From contig JADFYG010000010.1 of the NCBI GenBank assembly GCA_015233155.1, forward strand, positions 34,507-98,506: a stretch of 64,000 bases of DNA, read 5' to 3'. Origin of the DNA: Candidatus Rifleibacteriota bacterium (GTDB lineage: Bacteria > Muiribacteriota > Ozemobacteria > Ozemobacterales > Ozemobacteraceae). A program made the translations under genes and the position numbers. Below the pieces are notes generated by a model. That model was not told the origin of the DNA. It worked only from the letters and a program-made list of their open reading frames with translations, and did not search any database. Positions 56,459 to 64,000 of the stretch are shown here, piece after piece; position 1 is the first letter of the stretch; each line of letters begins with the position of its first letter.

Positions 56459-56917
56459 ATGATCCCAAGAAAACCATACCTACCTATTGCAGTGGCTTTT
56501 TCCATCGCTCTCGGAGGCGTGTTGTTCGCACAGACAGCCTCACCTGTCACGCCGATCGGAGAAGATCATGAAGGCAAGCACCAGCGCGGAGAAATGATGA
56601 TGAAAAAAATCGATACGAACGGCGACGGAATCATCTCCCAACAAGAGTGGACGACCGCCGGTCTTGCCGCCGATCTCTTCCAGAAGCTCGATGTCAATAA
56701 GAGCGGATCGCTGGAAGCTACTGAAATCCAGGCCAGCATGAAGGATATTCATCAGGCTTTCATGGAAAAAATGCGCATGGAACATGGAAATGCATCCGGC
56801 ACATTCCAACCTCATCATGGATGGGGCAATGCGTCCGGCACCCCTCCGGTTGGCGGTCATCATGGACATCATGAACATCACGGTGATCGGGGTCAGACTC
56901 CTTCCACGTCAAACTGA
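56459..56917 (+). CDS. Secreted EF-hand protein with His-rich tail
   Basis: Signal peptide; DTNGDGIISQQE and DVNKSGSLEATE loops; HHGHHEHHG; RBS ggagg. Confidence 0.85.
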   Translation: MIPRKPYLPIAVAFSIALGGVLFAQTASPVTPIGEDHEGKHQRGEMMMKKIDTNGDGIISQQEWTTAGLAADLFQKLDVNKSGSLEATEIQASMKDIHQAFMEKMRMEHGNASGTFQPHHGWGNASGTPPVGGHHGHHEHHGDRGQTPSTSN

Positions 56918-56940
56918 TCCGACAGAAATCCCTGATCCGG

Positions 56941-58437
56941 TTATTTCCCGAATGGAGTATTCACAATTCGAGTCGTGTTAATGATAACGCGATATATAAC
57001 TCCGCCTGGATCGACGCCAATATCTGTCTGAAATAAATCCGGGAGGGGGTTTTGCGGGAGCGCTAAGCCACTTTCCGGAGGGACCGGCGCCGTTTCAAAA
57101 GTTTCAATCGTAAACTTCGGAAGCGACACTGCACCTGCATCAACACCTCTGATTGCCGGATCCTGGCTCAGGATATAAAGCTCGGACAGACGGATGCGCT
57201 CATCATGATGTATTTTCACCGCGTTCTGAGCGGCGGAACTCATCGTTATCTGCGCGTCGACCAGCTCAACAATCGTGGCATCGCCATGGCGGTATCTGGT
57301 GACTATCATACGCATGTTCTCAAAACTCTGCGCAACAGCTATCTGAGCAAAATTAAGTTTTGGCGCCATTTCCTGGTAATCGGTCCAGGCTTTGTTCAGA
57401 GCTGCCTTCTTAAGTTTGGTAAGGTTCTCCAGTGCCAATTCAAGACGTGCCATCATCTTGTTCGCCTTGAGAACGTTGTTTTTGTGATCACCACTGTCAA
57501 AAATTGGAAAATCCAGCGACATGCTCACTCCGTAATCGCGGGCATTCCTGTTTCCACCTTTGGCATCAGTGAAATTGTATTGTCCCCCCAAATTCAGCGA
57601 GGGAAGATTTGCGGAGCGGGCGCTGTCAACAGCGAGCCGGACAATTGCCACGTCCTGACGGGCAAGTTCGATATCATGGTCCTTCTTGAGCAGAGCTTCC
57701 AGGATGGTCGCTTTTTGTGGTTGGGAAAGCGGGAAAACAATGCTCGGAGGGAGATCTATCTCGAGTTCTGACTGGTTCTCGATATTGAGCAGATTGGCAA
57801 GATCGATTCTGAAATTTTCCTGGAGAAAGCCACGCGTGGTAAGCGAAGATTCGAGATTAGCCTTCTGAGCTTCGATGCGCAAAATATCGTTGGGAAGGGC
57901 AAGACCGACGTCACGGTTAATCCTGGCGACTTCGAGAAGCTGCCTGAGAAGACCGATGTTCTCTTCATCCACTTTTGCGAGTTCGCGTTCCTGCAGAAGA
58001 TCGAAAAACAAGCGTATGACCTGACGACGCAGCTCTGTGGCAAAGCGATCCGCAACAGTCTTCTGGTACTGTGTGCGAAGACGCGCAAGGTCCCTGTCGA
58101 TTCGAGGAATTCTTCCTAGTGCCGGATATTTTTGAACCAACTGGAACGAAAAAACTGTCTGATAATACTGAGAACCGAAAAAAGCCGCCGGGGAAGGATC
58201 TACATAAGACTGTCTCTGGTGTGACAAAGAACCGTCAAGATTTGGAATCATCGCATTTTCCGTTCTCTTTTCGTCGAATGCCTGTTCCTCTATTCGCAGT
58301 TTTTCCATTTTAAGGGCAAGGTTATTCGCAAGAGCGCGATCTATAAGCGTCGCAAGAGGCACGGCACGGACTTCAATGCTTCCAAGGACTAAATAAAAGA
58401 CCAGTACAAAAAGAAGAAGTGGAATTAGATTCTTCAT
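56941..58437 (-). CDS. TolC-family outer membrane protein
   Basis: Signal peptide; ALANN, DILRIE, PIFDSG, RYRHG.AT.VELVDAQ; alternative start at 58470. Confidence 0.85.
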   Translation of the reverse strand: MKNLIPLLLFVLVFYLVLGSIEVRAVPLATLIDRALANNLALKMEKLRIEEQAFDEKRTENAMIPNLDGSLSHQRQSYVDPSPAAFFGSQYYQTVFSFQLVQKYPALGRIPRIDRDLARLRTQYQKTVADRFATELRRQVIRLFFDLLQERELAKVDEENIGLLRQLLEVARINRDVGLALPNDILRIEAQKANLESSLTTRGFLQENFRIDLANLLNIENQSELEIDLPPSIVFPLSQPQKATILEALLKKDHDIELARQDVAIVRLAVDSARSANLPSLNLGGQYNFTDAKGGNRNARDYGVSMSLDFPIFDSGDHKNNVLKANKMMARLELALENLTKLKKAALNKAWTDYQEMAPKLNFAQIAVAQSFENMRMIVTRYRHGDATIVELVDAQITMSSAAQNAVKIHHDERIRLSELYILSQDPAIRGVDAGAVSLPKFTIETFETAPVPPESGLALPQNPLPDLFQTDIGVDPGGVIYRVIINTTRIVNTPFGK

Positions 58438-58456
58438 CGCTTTATCAGCAATAAAC

Positions 58457-59911
58457 TCAGTTTTCATCATCCCGCCAATGACACCCGAGGCTTTTCTTGC
58501 GGGCTAAGGCGGCTTCCGCGATAAGACGACCTGCCAACGCAAGATTCCGGACTGCCGCCAGCTCATAGCTTATTCCCATCGGCAGAGCCTCTTCAATCTT
58601 TTTCAACTGGCCAATAGCGGTTGATAAGCCTGAAGCGTTGCGGATAAGCCCCACGTTGGTCCACATGGTTTCCCGGATTCCGGCCTTCACTTCGTCAAAA
58701 TTTCCCTCCACAAGTTTTGGCAAAGAAAAATCGATGACTTCGATTTCCTGTTCAAGCCGCTTAACCGCTTCGACGACCTGCTGGCTAAAAACTATGGATT
58801 CAAGCAGAGAATTGCTGGCAAGCCGGTTTGCACCATGAACACCAGTTCGTGCAACTTCTCCGAAAGCAAAAAGATTCCTGATATTAGTTTCCCCGGACAA
58901 ATTGACTTTCACTCCCCCGCACATGTAGTGCGCGGCGGGAAGGACCGGAATCGGCTGCCTGGTTATATCGATGCCATATTCCAGTAGTTTCTTGTATATT
59001 GTGGGGAATCTGATTTTCAGCAGTTCCGGATCTTTATGAGTGATATCAAGAGTGACTTCCCCGCTCTCCGCTTCCTTGGCAATAGCGCGGGCCACCACAT
59101 CACGCGGTGCAAGTTCCTCCATTTCGTGATATCGAGGCATAAATCGTTCATTATTGGAGTTTTTCAGCACACCGCCTTCTCCACGGACCGCTTCGGAAAT
59201 CAAAAACGGTGGCGCTCCATGCTTATTCAGAGCGGTGGGGTGAAACTGCATGAATTCGAGGTCTTCGACCGCCGCCCCCGCTCTGTATGCCATGGCAAGG
59301 CCGTCTCCCGTAGCAATGTTGGGGTTCGTGGTTTTCCGATAGACCATACCAACCCCTCCGGTAGCAAGGATGACGGCTTTAGAAAAGACGGCTTTTACGT
59401 CGTTTCCAAGCAGATACTTGACACCAAGACATCGGTCATCTCTGACGATAAGATCGAAGGCCAGTGCGTTTTCATAAATAGTTATATTCGGTGAGCTCTT
59501 GATATGTTTTATCAGGGTTTTTTCAATCACATGTCCGGTGGCATCGCCGGCATAGACAACTCTATGATGATGATGCCCGCCTTCCTTCGTGAGCTTCAAT
59601 ACTCCGCTTTTCTGCTCAAATGGGGTGCCCAGATCGAGAAGCTTGCTGATCATTTTCGGGCCTTCCCTCACCAGGAACTCGACCGCCGCCCTGTCGTTGT
59701 GAAAGCAGCCGGCCCGCATGGTGTCCTCCACATGAGATTCGAAGCTATCGAATTTATCAAGTACCGAGGCAATGCCGCCCTGAGCATAGTTGGTGTTTGA
59801 CTCCATAAGGTCTTTCTTCGTCATGAGAACAACTTTTCCATGTCGGGAAGCTTCAATGGCAAAATTGAGTCCGGCTATTCCAGACCCTACAACAATAAAA
59901 TCGGTTTTCAA
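58457..59911 (-). CDS. nadB: L-aspartate oxidase
   Basis: VGSGIAGL, YAQGGIA, EGGH, QFHPT, SEAVRGEG, HYMCGG, HGANRLASNSLLE. Confidence 0.95.
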   Translation of the reverse strand: MKTDFIVVGSGIAGLNFAIEASRHGKVVLMTKKDLMESNTNYAQGGIASVLDKFDSFESHVEDTMRAGCFHNDRAAVEFLVREGPKMISKLLDLGTPFEQKSGVLKLTKEGGHHHHRVVYAGDATGHVIEKTLIKHIKSSPNITIYENALAFDLIVRDDRCLGVKYLLGNDVKAVFSKAVILATGGVGMVYRKTTNPNIATGDGLAMAYRAGAAVEDLEFMQFHPTALNKHGAPPFLISEAVRGEGGVLKNSNNERFMPRYHEMEELAPRDVVARAIAKEAESGEVTLDITHKDPELLKIRFPTIYKKLLEYGIDITRQPIPVLPAAHYMCGGVKVNLSGETNIRNLFAFGEVARTGVHGANRLASNSLLESIVFSQQVVEAVKRLEQEIEVIDFSLPKLVEGNFDEVKAGIRETMWTNVGLIRNASGLSTAIGQLKKIEEALPMGISYELAAVRNLALAGRLIAEAALARKKSLGCHWRDDEN

Positions 59912-60879
59912 GTCGTTACTCTCACGATTTTCTGGCTGATGTCCAGGGCGGGAACGGAGTGTGTGATGGCGCCAATGGAAATGGCATCAACTCCGGATTT
60001 TGCATACGCCTCAATGTTCTTTTTCTGAATGCCGCCGGAAGCTTCCAGGAGAACCAGATCATACAGCTTCCTTTTTTTGAGCTCCTTGACGATCTTATTG
60101 ATCCTGGAAGGTTTAAGGTTATCGAGCATGATTATGAACGGGACATTCGCCAGCCCCACCCCCTTCCGCAAAAGATCTGAATAAGCCTCCGCTGCATGGA
60201 CGGCTTCTTCCATGGATCCAGTTTCAATCTCGATAAATGAAGGCGGCGACTTTGTAGAAAATCGGAAAGCTCGTCCCAGGGCGGTTGATATTCTGTCAGT
60301 TACGCCCGATTCTTCACCGACTGCGCTGATGTGATTATCCTTTATAAGAATGGCGTCAAAAAGACCATAGCGATGGCTCAAACCACCTCCAAGGGTAATG
60401 GCATTCTTGTCCATGACGTTAAAGAAAGTTTTCCGGGTTCCCACGATCATGACATTGTGGGGGCTGGTTATCTCCGCAAGCTTCCGGGTCTGGGTCGCAA
60501 TCCCGGACATTCGCTGAAGAAAATTCAATCCGGTTCTCTCGACCCGAAGCAGATCGGACTGCTTCCCTGTGATTTCCGCTATTATGTCGCCTTTTTTCAG
60601 ACTGCAACCATCTTTTTTCAGTTTGACGACGGAAACTTTGTGCTTTTTATAAAAGGCGGAAATTTCTTCAAGACCTGCAAGAACTCCGTCCTCCTTGGAT
60701 TTGATGACTCCGCGGGAATCCAGATCTTCCCTGATGACTGCGTCAACGGTTACGTCAACTGAGGCATCTTCCAGGAATTTGGCTTCCAGAACTCCCATCG
60801 CAATTTTCTTGTATTCATTGAGTGAAAAAGGATTCTTCCCATAGGCTGCAAGCATACGATCAGATCGGGAAATTTTCAT
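59908..60879 (-). CDS. nadC: Quinolinate phosphoribosyltransferase
   Basis: ER..LNFLQRMSGIAT, TRKT, HRYGL.D.ILIKDNH, IMLDN, EASGGI, ISIGAITHS. Confidence 0.95.
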   Translation of the reverse strand: MKISRSDRMLAAYGKNPFSLNEYKKIAMGVLEAKFLEDASVDVTVDAVIREDLDSRGVIKSKEDGVLAGLEEISAFYKKHKVSVVKLKKDGCSLKKGDIIAEITGKQSDLLRVERTGLNFLQRMSGIATQTRKLAEITSPHNVMIVGTRKTFFNVMDKNAITLGGGLSHRYGLFDAILIKDNHISAVGEESGVTDRISTALGRAFRFSTKSPPSFIEIETGSMEEAVHAAEAYSDLLRKGVGLANVPFIIMLDNLKPSRINKIVKELKKRKLYDLVLLEASGGIQKKNIEAYAKSGVDAISIGAITHSVPALDISQKIVRVTT

Positions 60880-61805
60880 TTGCAGACCTCCAGCATGCGA
60901 TCAAGGGACATTTTTGCTTTCACTCGGATCTCCTCGGGAACATTGATTTCCGGTTCCCCGGTTTTCAGGCTTTCCAGAACCAGATCAAGTCGGTTTTTTT
61001 TCATAGTCAGGCAGGTCCCACCAGGTGGGACGGCATAAAATTTCCGGTCAGGAAATTTCTTTTTCAGCATTTCGATCAAACCCATTTCGGTGCCTATAAT
61101 GAATTCCTTTGCATCAGACTTTTCAACATATTTCACCATGCCGCTGGTGCTACATACATGATCGGCCTGATCACGAATTTCTTTCGGGCATTCCGGATGA
61201 ACGACAACCTTCGCGTCCGGGAGTAACTTCCTGGCTCGAGCCAGTTCATCAGCCATGAACTTGTTATGCACATAACAAAACCCGTTCCAAAGAATAATTT
61301 CCTTACTCGATTTTTCCGCAACCCAGCTTCCCAGATTCTTGTCCGGAACAAAGATTATTTGTCGGTTGGGAAGCGAGTTTACGATTATATGGGCGTTGCT
61401 CGAAGTACAAACAATGTCTGATACGGCTTTTACTTCAGCCGTCGTGTTCATATAGCTGACGACAGCGGCTTCAGGGTATCTGGCTTTCATTGCCAGGACC
61501 GCGCTGGCATCAGCTGTTTCAGCCATTGGACAACCTGCGGTAACAGCGGGAAGAACGACCTTTTTCCCCGGATTGAGAATTTTGGCTGACTCAGCCATGA
61601 ATCGGACGCCGCAGAAAATAATCATATCCGCACTGGTCTTGCTGGCCTGAACGCTCAACTCATACGAGTCACCTATGAAATCAGCAATTTCATAGATCTC
61701 CGGGCTCTGGTAGTAATGCACCAGGGCTATAGCATTTTTCTTCTTTTTTAACGTCCGTATTTCATTTATGACTGATGATGACTCTGATGTTTGTTGACTC
61801 TTCAC
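60876..61805 (-). CDS. nadA: Quinolinate synthase
   Basis: HYYQ, GDS, FCGVRFMAESAKIL.P, GCPMA, CTSSNA, C.VH, HPEC, C.TMK. Confidence 0.95.
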   Translation of the reverse strand: MKSQQTSESSSVINEIRTLKKKKNAIALVHYYQSPEIYEIADFIGDSYELSVQASKTSADMIIFCGVRFMAESAKILNPGKKVVLPAVTAGCPMAETADASAVLAMKARYPEAAVVSYMNTTAEVKAVSDIVCTSSNAHIIVNSLPNRQIIFVPDKNLGSWVAEKSSKEIILWNGFCYVHNKFMADELARARKLLPDAKVVVHPECPKEIRDQADHVCSTSGMVKYVEKSDAKEFIIGTEMGLIEMLKKKFPDRKFYAVPPGGTCLTMKKNRLDLVLESLKTGEPEINVPEEIRVKAKMSLDRMLEVCK

Positions 61806-61931
61806 ACGAAAACCTCATATATGACAGGAATTTACTATTGCCCCACAAGATACCAAACCCGATTTGGAATAACAATTAGAAATCACAGAATGATACAGAT
61901 AGATTCAAAATTTCAAAAGAGTTAAAATAAA

Positions 61932-61963
61932 GCAGAACCCGGTGCTGATGCACCGGGTTCTGC
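61932..61963 (-). terminator. Rho-independent terminator
   Basis: gcagaacccggtgc-tgat-gcaccgggttctgc with a T-rich tail on the minus strand. Confidence 0.8.
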
Positions 61964-61986
61964 GCTTCGGAAAATGTTGTCAGAGA

Positions 61987-63147
61987 CTATCTGAGGTTTT
62001 TCATAGCGGCTTCATAGCAATCCACAACAAGACCCTTTTCGCTGTCGCTTAACGGCGGCTCCGGAGTTACAACCGTGTTGCCGTAGTCAAGACTACATGC
62101 GAAACCGGATCTGGTTGGTGCGAGCTGGAAGCCCTTTGGAGTATTTTTCATGATCTCCTTCCACCACCCGATCGCTTCAGTGCAAACGGACTTGACGACC
62201 GGATCAGTCGGAAAGTAGTCATTCAGCTGGGCTTTCCCGGCCATGATGTCAGCCTCGGGAACACCCTGAGCAACAAATTTTTTCAGGTTCTCATCATACA
62301 GCGCACTCTTGAGGAACTGGACTTTTTCATCGGCATTGTCAAGAGTATCTTCCGCTTCTTTCAGACCAGCTTTATAATCACCAAGATCAGTTTTCAGCAA
62401 GCCAGACAAGGCTTTGCCGCATGCTTTAAGATGTTCTTTGGTGTAAGTTCCGGCTTTGCACCACTCATTTGGAATGTCCTTGAAAAGAAATTCGACTAAA
62501 GGTGAATTTTTAGCTTTGTCTATAACAGTCGAAGGGGCAATTTTTTTGTCACGGTTCAGCAAAAAAAAGTAGTTTATGCAAACACGATCAATCAAACCTT
62601 CAAAGATTGTATGCTGAGGCGGATGGATCGCATAATCACGACCTTCGCGATACTGGTTTCCCTTGTTCAACCCGGGGTGAGTCACTAAATCGGCAATGTA
62701 GTGAAAGGTCCAGCCATAAAAAAACGCCCTGGAAACTAGTTTATCCATTTTGTCCTGGCTGGATAAATCATTAATGATATTCAAAGCATTCTGAGGATAT
62801 TTTTTATGGATAGGAAAACCAAGTCCAAAATGATACTTCTTGTCCGCGGCGTCGGGGCCAACGGCTCCTGACAGGAAGGCCAACTGAGACTTATTCAGAT
62901 TGTCAAAATTGAATTGATTTTGTCCGGTTGAGATCTCGCTGGTGAGCGCGGCAAAAAGTTCGTCACCCAGAACAGCCTTATAAATATCCGCGTTTTTGGG
63001 CATTTCGATCGCCATCAAATATATACTCAGTCCATAATGCCCGACACCTGAGTTTGCAAGACCTGGAAAGCAAACAAAGCACATGACGAAGAGAACGAAA
63101 TATCTTGCCGAAATCTTCATAAACTTCGAAGTAAGGTAATTTTTCAT
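61987..63147 (-). CDS. Secreted zinc-dependent phospholipase C/S1-P1-like protein
   Basis: Signal peptide; N-terminal His; GAVGPD, GWTFHYIAD...H and H..FE..ID motifs. Confidence 0.7.
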   Translation of the reverse strand: MKNYLTSKFMKISARYFVLFVMCFVCFPGLANSGVGHYGLSIYLMAIEMPKNADIYKAVLGDELFAALTSEISTGQNQFNFDNLNKSQLAFLSGAVGPDAADKKYHFGLGFPIHKKYPQNALNIINDLSSQDKMDKLVSRAFFYGWTFHYIADLVTHPGLNKGNQYREGRDYAIHPPQHTIFEGLIDRVCINYFFLLNRDKKIAPSTVIDKAKNSPLVEFLFKDIPNEWCKAGTYTKEHLKACGKALSGLLKTDLGDYKAGLKEAEDTLDNADEKVQFLKSALYDENLKKFVAQGVPEADIMAGKAQLNDYFPTDPVVKSVCTEAIGWWKEIMKNTPKGFQLAPTRSGFACSLDYGNTVVTPEPPLSDSEKGLVVDCYEAAMKNLR

Positions 63148-63291
63148 ATGTTTGCCCCTAAATGCCTTTATTAAATAAATCCAGTTTCAAACCAGACTCA
63201 TTTGCACAATTATAATGAAATAGAGAGTGATTGTCGAATAAATGAAACGGAAATGGCATAATCGAGGCCCACGAGGCATGAGGATAAAAAC

Positions 63292-64000
63292 TTACTTACC
63301 TTCTGGGGCAAATGTTTGAGATGCTTCGGGAAGAGAATGATCAGGTGGAGTTAATTTATCCGGCTTCTCAGAAGTGGTTACCTCACCCGGAACAAAAGCG
63401 TTGGATCCGATTTCCACGCCCATTTCCTGGATCATGTCGATAGCTTCAGGAACACCATCCTGCGCTGCCAGCCGAAGCCATTTCTTTGCTTCTTCAGGCT
63501 GATGCTCTACGCCGCGCCCCTCATGCAACTGGAGTCCGAGGCGATATGCGGCATCGGCATCTCCCTGCTCCGCTGCCCGACGATACCATAAGGCTGCCAG
63601 ATGCGCGTTTTCCGGGACTCCGTCGCCCCGGTCGTACATTTGCGCAAGATTGACCTGTGCGCGAACATCACCCTGATCGGCAGCGCGACGGAACCATTGA
63701 ATTGCAAGTCCCGAATTACGCTCAACGCCGATTCCATCTATATACATCTGCGCCAGATTGCGGCGGGCTTCGGCATCTTCACCTTCGGCGGCTATTTTCA
63801 GCCATTTCATGGCTTTACTGCTTTCCTCGGCCTGATCCCCCTCGCCGCTCTGAATTCGATCAGCAAGCAACGCACCGAGACGTCCGGCGGCACGAATATG
63901 CCCGTGCTCCGCCGCCAGCGTATACCATGTTATCGCGCGATCTGGCGCACAAGTAGCGCCGATTCCGCGCTCGTTCATCATGCCGAGCTGAAAGGCTGAT
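63292..64000 (-). CDS. Sel1-like repeat protein (5' end outside the window)
   Basis: Repeated A..W...AA.QG...A..NL..MY..G.GV. Confidence 0.9.
   Translation of the reverse strand, partial: SAFQLGMMNERGIGATCAPDRAITWYTLAAEHGHIRAAGRLGALLADRIQSGEGDQAEESSKAMKWLKIAAEGEDAEARRNLAQMYIDGIGVERNSGLAIQWFRRAADQGDVRAQVNLAQMYDRGDGVPENAHLAALWYRRAAEQGDADAAYRLGLQLHEGRGVEHQPEEAKKWLRLAAQDGVPEAIDMIQEMGVEIGSNAFVPGEVTTSEKPDKLTPPDHSLPEASQTFAPEGK

Overview
This is a bacterial chromosomal window of about 50% GC. The pilin-like C-terminal motif and overall gene repertoire suggest Ca. Riflebacteria/Ozemobacteria, but that is inference only. Ordinary content: the cheA 3' end, a GH57-type amylase, a HAMP-PP2C sensor, an RDD/DUF4129/DUF4350/MoxR/DUF58/SpoIIM module, cheV, two glycosylation clusters, two RND efflux loci, nadACB and several secreted proteins. 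Two features stand out. (1) A ~10-kb defence island (36.6-46.6 kb) lies between two convergent RND genes. It encodes a type I R-M system whose hsdS is frameshifted at an A6 run, coupled to a PHP-ABC ATPase (Ppl/TrlF-like) and a Schlafen/AlbA_2 protein. A GxxExxY nuclease-fold gene sits inside it between 28-bp inverted arms built from a 9-bp repeat unit, and empty copies of the same arm pair cap both island borders. (2) A family of 115-176 bp CAGGG-ended MITE-like elements is scattered through the window. They carry inverted GTAG-REP pairs, show 9-10 bp target duplications and use two interchangeable TIR types. Two copies supply gene stop codons. No rRNA, tRNA, CRISPR array, integrase or transposase gene was seen.
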